64,000 nt of DNA from the human T2T-CHM13v2.0 reference genome, Homo sapiens, in the NCBI RefSeq assembly GCF_009914755.1, contig NC_060945.1; one strand, written 5' to 3'. Below the pieces are notes generated by a model. The model was not told the origin of the DNA. It was given only the letters and a program-made list of their open reading frames with translations, and made no database searches. This document shows, piece by piece, positions 12,341 to 25,587 of this stretch. Position 1 is the first letter of the stretch, and every line of letters starts with the position of its first letter. Position numbers and translations under genes: made by a program.

Positions 12341-15300
12341 AAATGGTCATCATCATAATTTTGTTATTTTATTAAAATTTAGTTTTAACCTATGATTATT
12401 TAACTTTTTATTCATGTATTTCTGTTTTTTTATGATTGTAAACTCTTAATTATAAAGATCATATTTTATACTTTTAGAATATTAAGAATACCAAGCACAA
12501 AATCCTATGATTACTGACTGATATGTGTTGTATTTAATACACTTGGCTCAATGTACTAGAAATATTAGAAGAATATTTAGAGAGAGAGAAATAAAATGAT
12601 ATTTGTATTAATATATATTACACTAAACATATTATCCCATAGGTACTACTGTTTTATTCATGGCAATATCCTTAGAGTCCGGGGCAAGGATTGGTCCAAA
12701 CTAAGGACTAAATAAATATCAGTGGAATAAATGATGATATGTAGCGTTTTGCAAGATTTGAGGCAAAATTGGAAAGTAACACCATGAATAGTTGAATCTT
12801 TCATTTTGGGCTACAGATCCTTGCCTTGTTCCTTCCAGGATACCAGGTAGCAATGTTAGGGAGTTGGGGAAATAGGTAGAAATCCCTCTGCCAACTTACA
12901 GCCTTTTCAGAGACACAGATACATAAACACATACATATTCATTCATACATGTAAGAGCATACATGTGTAATCACACACAAATGTGTAAGTAACATAGATG
13001 AAAGATTGTAATGTAACATTTCATTATGGCAATTTATAACAAATGAGTGGTGTGTAATGTAGTATTTTATTGAGAGAGGAAAGATTCCTGAGCCTGAAGA
13101 TTTAAGAGTAAGAATTAAGGAAGTACTATTTGAACCAGTACTTGAAGGAATGTGAAGCCAAGAAGAGGCAGAGAGTTCTTAGAGGCAAGAAGACAGATAA
13201 GCAAAATAATTGGAAGTGGAAATTGTCATAGCTTCAAAGAATGTGTTAGTTAAAGAAGAGCTTTTGCACTGAAGGATAGTCAAGATTCATGGTTAGATCT
13301 ATCATTGCTTTTCACATTTAAATACACTCACTGCAACATTAGTGAGAAGCACCCAAAGGCCATCCAGCACCTGTCTGCTGCACTCAGTGTGGTCTTCTCA
13401 CTGCTTCTCAGCTATATGTCTGTATTCAGATGTCATACGCATCCAAAGAGTCAAATATACACAGTCATATACACCATCAGCACAACACATTGGGATGACA
13501 CATATTGTGTCTACTCAGGCAGCCAAATCAATTTGGATCCCAGACTGTAGACAATATACAGAGCCAGCAAACATCCCTCCCAGAATAAAACAGTAAATTT
13601 TCAAGACTGGAATGCAATAAAGGACTATGTTATTAATCCATAGGATTTTCATGAAAAATAAATGTTATTTATTATAGTAACTCTAAGCTCTATCTTTTAT
13701 ATTTTACTAATTCTTCAATTTGAACTCATTTCAAAACAATGGGGGGAAGAGATAAAAAATTTGTTTATCCTGTCTTATCTTCTTTCTAAATATGTGCTGC
13801 CAATTTAATTCCCATTTTGAGTTCTTTTGTGACTACCACGAAGAGTGAGGAGAATTTCTCTCTAATACAGTGTTCTGTACACTGTGTCCTGCCTTTGACG
13901 TAGAACGTTTCATAATGGTGATCTATTATGACATCAATAATTGTCTGAAATTTCAGTCTACAAAGCCTGAAACTATGAAAGTATAATTAGATTGCCTAGG
14001 GACATCACAAAATCAAATGAAAGCTGGTTTGAACCTAGCTGTCTATTTAACGTTTGGCCAGCAAACAACCAACATGGAAATGAAATACAGAGATATACAT
14101 AAAATAGATGAGACTGCACTATCAAATCTCCTGAACTAGCTCTGGGTTCTCAAGTAGTGGGTATCTGCTGTGTAATTTGCCCAAATTCTACTGCTTTCCC
14201 TCAGAAACAGCTTTATAAGTGTGTCATTTATTTCAGATGTTGGCTGATTTCCAAATGAAAATGGTCAATATTTAGCTAATGAGTTTAAACTGAAGTGAAA
14301 GTGAGTTGGGGTAATCTTATTTGGTTTGGTTATGATTGAGAACACATGCAGAACACAAATTCTTGAATTAAAAAAATACTTTGAAACTGATAGCTTTAAA
14401 TATCACTAGGATATATATTTCAGTACAGCTAGGCCCTGTTTATACAGTAGATATAATTATCAGATCCTGCTTTTAGAATGTTGGCCACTGCCACCATCCC
14501 TGAAGACTTGTATCCTTTTAAAAGTACTTAGGATGGTTGAACCAAAGAATATCAGATCTGGAAAAATGAAGTTAGTGTTTATTTAGGCCTCATTTTAGAG
14601 AGGGGCAAATTGTCACCCTAAGAAGTTTAGCATTGCACTATGTAACAAAAGTCCTAAGAAGAGAAGGTGGAACAAAATTCCTTGGGAATTCTAGGATAGT
14701 GATTATTTTGGCAGAACACAGGTTCCTAAAATAAGGAGGCAGCTGCTTTGAGATGAGGCTTCTTGGTGGGAGTCATTGGGATTTGGGTGGTTTGCCAATG
14801 CCAGACCAATGACAAAAGTGAGGGTTTAATTTTTATAGAAAATTGCTTTTCTTATTCTAGTGACCTTCCTTTTTTCCCTAAATATTGTGACCAATATGAC
14901 TGCAAGGTATCCAGTGGAAGTACTTTCCAGTTTTCTGGATGGGAATAAAGTCAAGGGCACATACCCCCATGCAAGCGAAGTTGATATATGTTTGACAGCT
15001 CATGATAGATTTCAAGGAAATAAATTTCTCCTGCATTCTAATCTAAATTGTATCTTTTGCATTGTCAACGTTTTTCCCTGCCAAGCCCTCTTTTCAGAAA
15101 TGCTTTTACAGAGTAGAAGTGACTAACTAGAATGTCATCTTGTTTTCTTCACCCTCTCTTTTCCTTGCTTTGTTATTTGGTCCACAAATCTAGCCTTAAA
15201 ACCACTGAAATGGTTTCAGTCATTTGTCTTGTAAACTGTGCTACTCTGAGGAATCGTTTACAAAATTCCTTGCACATATTTGTAAGTTTATTTCTAAGTT

Positions 15301-16559
15301 ACTCTTAAAAATAGATCAAAAGTTAAGATTGTTTAAAATCTTAACTACAGTCAAAACTTCTGTAAATGTTTTACCTGTTTATATTTCACTAACAATACAT
15401 AAGAGTTAGTACCTGTTAACCTCCCCACATTTGCATATCCATACAAACACAGTATATTTTCTCTCATTATCAGTGTTTGACTTATTTTCCTATATTTAAT
15501 GGTACTGGATGCCTTTTCACATTCTCTGTTCATTTTTCTAAACGTCCTTCATCAAATACTAGTTAAATACATTCTGTGTAAACGTTCAATAAAATAATGG
15601 GCAGTCATTAATAAAAGGTGGGAAATTCTGTATGACCTAATATGGGAAACCCCCAATATATAGCTAACATTAGTTTTCTCAGCAATGTGTATACATCCAT
15701 GCTTGTATGAGCGGAAAGTATCTCTGAAATGATCTACATGAAACTGGAAAGCATGCACGCTTCTGGGATGACACACGGTGGATTCAGAGGCAGGGCTAGG
15801 AGGAAAACTTGCTTTTCACAATATCATGTGTTAACTTTTGATTTCTTTTGATTTTACCATATATATTATTACCAATTTAAATAAAAAACAGTAATATCCA
15901 CAAAATTGAAAAAATGGCTTATAAAATGGAAATAGTGAGGAGCAAAGTAGGGTGAAATCAAAGAGCTGTTAGTGACTCTTTGTCCAAGCACCTAGTGATG
16001 GCTGAAAACAGATTGTCGGTTGTGACTGTCAGTGAACAGCCAGAGGGCGATGTGATCAGGGCCTGCTGTGTTGGCATCCTTATCCTATGGTGACTGGTAA
16101 TTCCAGTCACCCTTGGTCAACTCCCATCCTCCCTTGCAGAAACCCTGAGGCACACAAGTAGCACAAAGTTTTCCAAAGGCCTACCTAGTCGTGAATCTTT
16201 CTCAGAGAAGCAAAACAAAACAACAAGTAAGTCAAATCCAAATCATGTGCAATAAATTTTGTTTCTGTACTTGTCTAAAAATCATGTAACACTCTGTGAT
16301 ATATTTTCTTATAAGATGAACACCATAATTAAAGTATGAATTATTTGTTTATGTTTCTAATAATAACAGAAATAAATTAAAAGTACAAGGAATTTCAAGC
16401 AAACATAAAAGGTGAAATCACCTATAATCCCAGCTTACACAGATATCAAATATTAATATTTTCATATCTCATACATATGCATATGTACATTATATGCTTT
16501 ATATGCTCCATGTGTTTTAAATGTTTACATGTATAAGTACTTTAATGTTTGTATACTTA

Positions 16560-16884
<325 letters not shown>

Positions 16885-16991
16885 TCATTTATTTTTACAT
16901 ACTTGAGATAATGCTTTTTAAAAAACATATTTACAAATAGATACAGCCAGTTATCACAGGAAATGCTTTTAAAAGTAAAATTTATGTTGAG

Positions 16992-17394
16992 TGTCAGGCC
17001 TCTGAGCCCAAGCTAAGCCATCATATCCCCTGTGACCTGCACGTACACATCCAGATGGCTGGTTCCTGCCTTAACTGATGACATTCCACCACCAAAGAAA
17101 TGAAAATGGCCTGTTCCTGCCTTAACTGATGGCATTATCTTGTGAAATTCCTTCTCCTGGCTCATCCTGGCTCAAAATCTCCCCTACTGAGCACCTTGTG
17201 ACCCCCACTCCAGCCTGCCAGAGAACAATCCCCCTTTTTCCTTTACCTACCCAAATCCTATAAAAGGGCCCCACCCCATCTCCCTTCCTTGACTCTCTTT
17301 TCGGACTCAGCCCATCTGCACCCAGGTGAAATAAACAGCTTTATTGCTCACACAAAGCCTGCTTGGAGGTCTCTTCACACGGACGCGCATGAAA
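16992..17394 (+). promoter_or_regulatory. 5' LTR7 of provirus B (potential promoter)
   Basis: TGTCAGGCC...GCGCATGAAA; TATAAAAG at 17259-17266; about 25 substitutions plus 2 indels versus the 3' LTR by eye. Activity cannot be shown from sequence. Confidence 0.9.
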
Positions 17395-17396
17395 TT

Positions 17397-17414
17397 TGGT
17401 GCCGTGACTCGGAT
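17397..17414 (+). other. Primer binding site for tRNA-His
   Basis: TGGTGCCGTGACTCGGAT, complementary to the 3' 18 nt of tRNA-His(GUG), starting 2 nt after the LTR end. Confidence 0.95.
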
Positions 17415-17537
17415 CAGGTGAACTCCCCTGGGAGATCAATCCCCTGTCCTCCTGCTCTTTGCTCCATGAGAAAGATCCACCTACGACCTCTGGTCCTCAG
17501 ACCAGCCAGCCCAAGGAACATCTCACCAATTTTAAAT

Positions 17538-17546
17538 CTGGTAAGC
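17538..17546 (+). promoter_or_regulatory. HERV-H leader splice donor
   Basis: CTG|GTAAGC about 145 nt after the 5' LTR, the expected position of the HERV-H major donor. Confidence 0.75.
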
Positions 17547-17880
17547 GGCCTGTTTTTACCCTCTTCTCCAATCTCTCTCACTATCCCTCAACCTCTTTCT
17601 CCTTTCAATCTTGGTGCCACACTTCAATCTCTCCCTTCTCTTAATGTCAACTCCTTTCATTTTCTGGTAGAGACAAATGAGACACATTTTATCCATGGAC
17701 CCAAAACTCTGGCACCGGTCACAGACTCAGGAAGGCAGACTTCCCTTGGTGTTTAATCATTGCAGGGACACCTCTCTGATTATTCACCCACATTTCAGAG
17801 GTGTCAGACCACGCAGGGACGCCTGCCTTGGTCCTTCACCCTTAGCGGCAAGTCCCGCTTTTCTGGGAGAGGGGCAGGAA

Positions 17881-18018
17881 CCCCAACCTCTTATCTCTGC
17901 ACCCCGATCCCATATTTCCATGCCCCGACCTCTTATCTCTGCACCCTGATCCCTTATTTCTGAGCCCCGACCTCTTATCTCTGTGCCCCAACCCCTTATT
18001 TCTGCACGCTGACCCCTT
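17881..18018. repeat. HERV-H leader minisatellite, ~6.5 x 21 bp with alternating units
   Basis: Units such as CCCCGACCTCTTATCTCTGCA and CCCTGATCCCTTATTTCTGAG start at 17881, 17902, 17923, 17944, 17965 and 17986. Confidence 0.92.
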
Positions 18019-19002
18019 CTCTGCTTTTCTGGAGGGCAAGAATCCCCCACCCCTTCTCCGTGTCTCTACTCCCTTTTCTCTGGACTTGCCTCCTTCACTA
18101 TGGGCAAGCTTCCACCTTCCATTCCTCCTTCTTCTCCCTTAGCCTGTGTTTTTAAGAACTTAAAACCTCTTCAAATCTCACCTGACCTAAAATCTAAGCA
18201 TCTTATTTTCTTCTGCAATGCCACTTGATCCCAATACAAACTCGACAGTAGTTCCAAATATCTGGAAAATGGCATTTTCAATTTTTCCATCCTACAAGAT
18301 CTAAATAATTCTTGAATAGGCAAAGGCTCTGAGATGCCTGATGTCCAGGCATTCTTTTACACATCAGTCCCTCCCTAGTCTCTGTTCCCAATGCAACTCA
18401 TCCCAAATCTTCCTTCTTTCCCTCCCACCTGTCCCCTCAGTCCCAACCCCAAGTTTCGCTGAGTCTTTCTAATCATCCTTTTCTACAGACCCATCTGACC
18501 TCTCCCCTCCTCACCAGGCTGAGCTAGGTCCCAATTCTTCCTCAGCCTCTGCTCCTCCACCCTATAATCCTTTTATCACCTCCCCTCCTCACACCCTTGT
18601 CTGGCTTACAGTTTTGTTCAGTGACTAGCCCTTTCCCACCTGCCCAGCAATTTACTCTTAAAAAGGTGGCTGGAGCTAAAGGCATAGTCAAGGTTAATGC
18701 TCCTTTTTTTTTATCCCAAATCAGATAGCGTTTAGTCTCTTTTTCATCAAATATAAAAATCCAGCCCAGTTCATGGCTCATTTGGCAGCAACCCTGAGAT
18801 GCTTTACAGCCCTAGACTCTAAAAGGTCAAGAGGCCGTCTTATTCTCAATACACATTTTATTAACCAATCTGCTACTGACATTAAATAAAACTCCAAAAA
18901 TTGAATTCCAGACCTCAAACCCCACAAGAGGACTTAACTAACCCCACCTTCAAGGTGTACAATAATAGAGTAGAGGCAACCAAGTAGCAACATATTTCTG
19001 AG

Positions 19003-19332
19003 TTGCAATTCCTTGCCTCCACTGTGAGACAAACCCCAGCCACATCTCCAGCACACAAGAACTTCCAAACGCCTAAACCGCAGTGGCCAGGCATTGCTCC
19101 AGAACCTCCTCCCCCAGGAGCTTGCTACAAGTGCCAGAAATCTGGCCACCAGGCCAAGGAATGCCCGCAGCCTGGGATTCCTCCTAAGCCATGTCCCATC
19201 TGTGCGGGACCCCACTGGAAATTGGACTGTTCAACTCACCTGGTAGCCACTCCCAGGGCCCCTGGAACTCTGGCCCAAGGCTCTCTGACTGACTCCTTCC
19301 CAGATCTTCTCAGCTTAGCGGCTGAAGACTGA
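19003..19332 (+). pseudogene. gag: HERV-H gag C-terminus (nucleocapsid) remnant
   Basis: CYKCQKSGHQAKEC (CX2CX4HX4C) and CPICAGPHWKLDC knuckles; ends AAED-TGA; upstream gag has stops. Confidence 0.9.
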
Positions 19333-19700
19333 CACTGCCCGATCGCCTCAGAAGCCCTGTAGACCATCACGGACGCCGAGCTTTAGGTAACTCTCACAGT
19401 GGAGGGTAAGTCCGTCCCTTCTTAATCAATACGGAGGCTACCCACTCCACATTACCTTCTTTTCTAGGGCCTGTTTCCCTTGCCTCCATAACTGTTGTGG
19501 GTATTGACAGCCAGGTTTCTCAACCTCTTAAAACTCCCCAACTCTGGTGCCAACTTAGACAATACTCTTTTAAGCACTCCTTTTAATTATCCCCACCTGC
19601 CCAGTTCCTTTATTAGGCCGAGACACTTCAACTAAATTATCTGCTTCCCTGACTATTTCTGGACTACAGCTACTTCTCATTGCTGCCCTTCTTCCCAATC
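19333..19700 (+). pseudogene. pro: HERV-H protease remnant
   Basis: TTCTTAATCAATACGGAGGCT = FLINTEA (degenerate DTGA active site); TTATTAGGCCGAGAC = LLGRD; frameshifted. Confidence 0.8.
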
Positions 19701-21780
19701 CAAAGCCTCCTTTTCGTCCTCCTCTTGTATCCCCCGACCTTAACCCACAAGTAAAAGATATCTCTACTCCCTCCTGGGCAACCGATCATGTACACCTCAC
19801 CGTCTCATTAAAACCTTATCACCCTTACCCTGCTCAATGCCAATATCCCATCCCACACCATGCTTTGAAAGGATTAAAGCCTGTTATCACTCGCCTGCTA
19901 CAGCATGGCCTTTTAAAGCCTATAAACTCTCCTTACAATTCCCACATTTTACCTGTCCTAAAACCAGACAAGCCTTACAAGTTAGTTCAGGATCTATGCC
20001 TTATCAACCCAATTGTTTTGCCTATCCACCCCATGGTGCCAAACCCATATACTCTCCTATCCTCAATACCTCCCTCCACAATCCATTATTCTGTTCTGGA
20101 TCTCAAACATGCTTTCTTTACTATTCCTTTGCACCCTTCATCCCAGCCTCTCTTTGCTTTCACCTGGACTGACCCTGACATTCATCAAGCTCAGCAAATT
20201 ACCTAGGCTGTACTGCAGCAAAGCTTCACAGACAGCCCCCATTACTTCAGTCAAGCCCAAATTTCTTCCTCATATATTACCTATCTCAGCATAATTCTCA
20301 TGAAAACACATGTGCTCTCTCTCCTGATCGTGTCTGGCTAATCTCCCAAACCCCAATCCCTTGTACAAAACAACAACTCCTTTCCTTCCTAGGCATGGTT
20401 GGATACTTTTGCCTTTGGATACCTGGTTTTGCCATCCTAACAAAACCATTATATAAACTCACAAAAGGAAACCTAGCTGACCCCACAGTTCCTAAATCCT
20501 TTCCCCACTCCTCTTTCCATTCCTTGAAGACAGCTTTAGAGACTGCCCCCACCCTAGCTCTCCCTGACTCATCCCAACCCTTTTCATTACACACAGCCGA
20601 AGTGCAGGGCTGTGTAGTCAGAATTCTTACACAAGGACCGGGATCGCATCCTGTAGTCTTTTTGTCCAAACAACTTGACCTTACTGTTTTAGGCTGGCCA
20701 TCATGTCTCCGTGCGGCGGCTGCTGCCACCCCAATGCTTTTAGAGGCTCTTAAAATCACAAACTATGCTCAACTCTCTACAGCTCTCATAATTTCCAAAA
20801 TCCATTTTCTTCCAAACACCTGACACATATACTTTCTGCTCCCCGGCTCCTTCAGCTGTACTCACTCTTTGTTGAGTCTCCCACAATTACCATTGTTCCT
20901 GGTGCGGACTTCAATCTGGCCTCCTACATTATTCCTGATACCACACCTGACCCTCATGACTGCATCTCTCTGATCCACCTGACATTCACCCCATTTCCCC
21001 ACATTTCCTTCTTCCCTGTTTCTCACCCTGATCACACTTGGTTTATTGATGGCAGTTCCACCAGGCCTAATCACCACACACCAGCAAAGGCAGGCTATGC
21101 TATAGTAGAAGCCACTAGCCTGCTTCTTATAACCTCTCATTTCCTTTCCATCATGGAACTCTATCCTCAAGGAAATAACTTCTCAGTGTTCCATCTGCTA
21201 TTCTACTACTCCTCAGGGATTATTCAGGCCCCCTCCCTTCCCTACACATCAAGCTCAGGGATTTGCCCCCACCCAGGACTGGCAAATTAGCTTTACTCAA
21301 CATGCCCCGAGTCAGGAAACTAAAATACCTCTTGGTCTAGGTAGACACTTTCACTGGACGGCTAGAGGCCTTTCCCACAGGGTCTGAGAAGGGCACCACA
21401 GTCATTTCTTCCCTTCTGTCACACACAATTACTCAGTTTGGCCTTCCCACCTCTATACAATCCGATAGCACACCGGCCTTTATTAGTCAAACCAGCCAAG
21501 CAGTTTTTCAGGCTCTTGGTATACAGTGAAACCTTTATATCCCTTACAGTCCTCAGTCTTCAGGAAAGGTAGAACGGACTAATGGTCTTTTAAAAACACA
21601 CCTCACCAAGCTCAGCCACCAACTTAAAAAGGACTGGACAATATTTTTACCTCTTTCTTTTCTCAGAATTTAGGCCTGTCCTCAGAATGCTACAGGGTAC
21701 AGCCTATTTGAGCTCCTGTATGGACGCTTCCTTTTTATTAAGACCCAGTCTCATTCCAGACACCAGACCAACTTGGACTC
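19701..21780 (+). pseudogene. pol: HERV-H pol remnant (RT, RNase H start, integrase core) with internal deletions
   Basis: RT motifs YKLVQDL and SVLDLKHAFFTIPL; no YxDD visible (deletion after HYFSQA near 20258); WFIDGSS near 21040; integrase SSGKVERTNGLLKTHLTKL near 21560-21610. Confidence 0.92.
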
Positions 21781-22359
21781 TGCCCCAAAAAACTTGTCAT
21801 CCCTACTATCTTCTGTCTAGTCATGCTCCTATTCACAGTTCTCAACTACTCATACATGCCCTGCTCTTGTTTACACTGCCAGTTTACACTGTTTCTCCAA
21901 GCCATCACAGCTGATATTGGTGCTATCGCCAAACTGCCACTTTTAACTCTTGAAGTCAATAAATAATCTTTGCTGGCAGGACTATGCTGAATCCCCTTAG
22001 GCACTCTCTAATTAGATGTCCTGGGTCTTCCCAATTCTTAGGCCTTTAATACCTGTTTTTCTCCTTCTCTTATTCCGTTTAGTTTTTCAATTCATACAAA
22101 ACCGTATCCAGACCATCACCAATAATTCTACATGACAAATGTTTCTTCTAACAACCCCACAATATCACCCCTTACCACAAAATCTTCCTTCAGCTTCATC
22201 TCTCCCACTCTAGGTTCCCACGCCTCCCCTAATCCCGCTCGAAGCAACCCTGAGAAACATCGCCCATTCTCTCTCCATACCATCACCCAAAATTTTCACC
22301 ATCCCAACACTTTACCATTATTTTGTTTTATTTTTCTTATTAACATAAGAAGACAGGAA

Positions 22360-22764
22360 TGTTAGGCCTCTGAGCCCAAGCTAAGCCGTCATATCCCCTG
22401 TGACCTGCACGTACACATCCAGATGGCCGGTTCCTGCCTTCACTGATGACATTCCACCACAAAAGAAGTGAAAATGGCCTGTTCCTGCCTTAACTGATGG
22501 CATTATCTTGTGAAATTCCTTTTCCTCGCTCATCCTGGCTCAAAAGCTCCTCTACTGAGCACCTTGTGACCCCCCACTCCTGCCTGCCAGAGAACAACCT
22601 CCCTTTTTCCTTTACCTAACCAAATCCTATAAAAGGGCCCCACCCCTATCTCCCTTCGCTGACTCTCTTTTTGGACTCAGCCCACCTGCACCCAGGTGAA
22701 ATAAACAGCTTTATTGCTCACACAAAGCCTGTTTGATGGTCTCTTCATACAGACGCGAGTGAAA
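22360..22764 (+). mobile_element. 3' LTR7 of provirus B
   Basis: Follows the polypurine tract AAGAAGACAGGAA; AATAAA at 22700-22705; followed by TSD TTGAG. Confidence 0.96.
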
Positions 22765-22895
22765 TTGAGGTCGAAAGAATTTAGGGTTATTCTATTATGT
22801 GTAAGTATGACTGTTGAGGCTGTTTTCTCATTTGTATGGCGTTTGGCAAGGTTTGATATTAGGTTTAATGCTAGTTTTGGAAAAGCAATTTGGAA

Positions 22896-22898
<3 letters not shown>

Positions 22899-22931
<33 letters not shown>
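22899..22931. repeat. (TG)16 microsatellite
   Basis: Uninterrupted TG run. Confidence 0.97.
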
Positions 22932-22933
<2 letters not shown>

Positions 22934-24382
22934 ACACAAAAAGCATATACATATATTCTTCCATAGTTATTGTTCTATTTAGTTTTTATTCTTTTCTGGC
23001 TTCATTTTAATAATGTGTATTTTTCCATAACACATCCCCTTCAAAAAATTTTCTAATGTATACATTTATCTTCTCTAGTTTTTAATACATGTCCTCTCGT
23101 TTTCCAAAATTTGGAAGTGGGGGTGGTGGAACTGCTTTTGTCCTTTTTTTATTGACTACAACTGTGTATTTAACTGACTTAAAACAAAATCAACTCTTGA
23201 ATTTGCTTATTTACAAATAACTATTTAGTTCTATAATTCTACTCTTTGACATTTTGTGGATATTTTTATTATCTTTATTACTCACTTTCTCCTAAATATT
23301 AATAGTTTAAATTCATGAGTTGAATGTTTATTTATTTTCTTTCTTTTATGTCTAAGTAATAAAGGCTTTTAGGGCTAGATTGCATTATTGATCAATATTG
23401 AACATTATTTCATAAAGCAAGATAAGTTGTATAGATGTCTAAAACCTATAAAATATTTTGCAATTTGAATATTATGCTCAAAGACACGTAAAATGTATTA
23501 GACATGTAATTACAGAAAAATCTCTAAAGTACTAAAAACATATAGAGAATATTAAAAATGACATTAATTTATAAGAAATTTGACCCATATAAAATTAATA
23601 TATGAATGATAAATAAAAAGCTAATAAATTTTCAAAAAAAATTACCTTCTAAGACTTTAGAAAAACATTTGAAAATAAACTTTACTGTGTCTTTTAAAAT
23701 ATCCATGAATAATGGATTTGAGCTTGAAGTTCAGATCACTTCTCCAACAAAAAAAACCTTCAATGAATCTGAATATTAAAATAGCTCATTAAGAAACTTT
23801 TCCCCTAACAATTTAGAGAGTTCTCAAAATAATCTCTTATTCTCATTTTCCTATTATTTAACTTATGTTTATTGCCTCTCCTCTACATTTAATGATTTGA
23901 GAACTGTGATTAAATAGATACATTATTAAAGCTTTCCTTTGTTGAAATATAGCTCTGTATATTTTCAAATGCTATTGGCTATCAACTATATATTTATCAT
24001 GTAAACCTGATATCAACAGCAGCATGCTCCTTATTTATTTGGAGATTTCAACAAAGTCCACTTAGATTTTTTAATGACCAAATAAATAAAAGTGTCTAGA
24101 GAGTCATCGGATTTTATTTGGTAATAACAAATAATCAGATTAATATCAACAATATCAAATGTCAATCCCCGCATTTGAGTCCTTGAAGAAACTTAGTTTT
24201 TTCTTTATGTCCAGCCATTGTCAACATTTCGAAGGAATAATTTTCTCTTCCGAATAGAAAATAGACAGTAAGCAAAATTTAAATAAAATGAGAGAACTTC
24301 TGATAAAAATACATAGATTATGTTTTAAAGGAAGAATTTATCTTTTCTACCTTTTTTCTTTTCCCTCTTTTAAACAAGAATT

Positions 24383-24798
24383 ATGTCCAACTATGATAGA
24401 CTGGATTAAGAAAATGTGGCATATATACAGCATGGAATACTATGCAGCCATAAAAATGATGAGTTCATGTCCTTTGTAGGGACATGGATGAAACTGGAAA
24501 TCATCATTCTCAGTGAACTATCACAAAGACAAAAAACCAAACACCGCATGTTCTCACTCATAGGTGGGAATTGAACAATGAGAACACATGGACACAGGAA
24601 GGGGAACATCACACTCTGGGGACTGTTGTGGGGTGGGGGGAGGGGGGAGGGATAGCATTAGGAGATATACCTAATGCTTAATGACGAGTTAATGGGTGCA
24701 GCACACCAGCATAGCACATGTATACATATGTAACTAACCTGCACATTGTGCACACGTACCCTAAAACTTAAAGTATAATAATAATAAAATAAAAAAAC
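24383..24798 (+). mobile_element. 5'-truncated L1PA3-like element (~415 bp)
   Basis: L1PA 3' UTR with G-tract, GCATTAGGAGATATACC and TAACTAACC; TSD ACAAGAATT at 24374-24382 and 24799-24807. Confidence 0.92.
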
Positions 24799-25587
24799 AC
24801 AAGAATTGATTCTTTTTAATTGATAGCAAAAATTTAAAAAAACAACTTATTGTCATCAAGGATTCACTATTACATTTTATAATATGGCTGGAATTATGAA
24901 ATGTGTGCTGGTATAATTAATATCAGATAGATAAAAATAATATTCTTTATCTTTGTTCTGTTACTAATCCTCAGAAATTAACAATAAGATCTCTTTGAAA
25001 AGTGTGTACATTAATTCTCTTGACCTGGGCATCATTGCAAGAATGCATATAATAGACAAGCAATAATTAAATGTCAAAGAAGTTGCTGCAATTTTTATTC
25101 AGAAGAATTTAAAAAGCACATATAAATTTTAAATGTGAAACAAGAATGTTATTTAAATCAGGAGGGAGTGTCGTTTCTTCCTAATGCCCTTGTCAAACAA
25201 CTACTCTAAAATAGCATTACATGTAATTCTGAAATGCCATGGATTAATAAGAGACATTCAAATTCTATAATGCAATTCAGTTTTTACCTCCGGTCATGAT
25301 TTTCTTTTCCATGGCCTTCAGTTTTGTCCTTAGACTCATATATGTGTAAATTGACAAATTTTCTTTTGTAATATAAATTTAAAAGAAGAGATAAAAATGC
25401 ACCATACAATTAAGAAGAGGGGAAGAATTATTTATTCACATACAGTTATCTGTGTGCACTTAGTCAATTCACAATCAATTTGAATTGTTATTTTTTAACC
25501 GAACTTGGAAAGTTTGGGATCTACAAAGTAGAAATTGAATTCTAGCCAAGAATTTACTACATAGCAGGTATAAAATATGGTGAGTAT

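Larger units (their letters stand above)
16992..22764 (+). mobile_element. Complete HERV-H provirus B, common deleted (~5.8 kb, RTVL-H2-type) form
   Basis: Two LTRs; 5-bp TSD TTGAG at 16987-16991 and 22765-22769; His primer site; gag/pro/pol remnants; polypurine tract. Confidence 0.97.

Noticed and set aside
17289-17756. 155-aa ORF spanning LTR, primer site and leader
   Set aside because: TTG start, crosses non-coding retroviral signals and has no recognisable domain; HERV-H base composition favours chance ORFs.
17784-18050. Minus-strand repetitive ORF (EIRGRG repeats, RG-rich) and CRISPR-like periodicity
   Set aside because: It is the translation of the 21-bp HERV-H leader repeat; there are no unique spacers and no cas genes, and the context is eukaryotic.
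22677-23010. ORFs with HT/VC dipeptide runs
   Set aside because: Produced by the (TG)n microsatellite and the LTR end.
24639-24653. G-rich tract (G-quadruplex-like)
   Set aside because: Normal L1PA 3' UTR polypurine tract.
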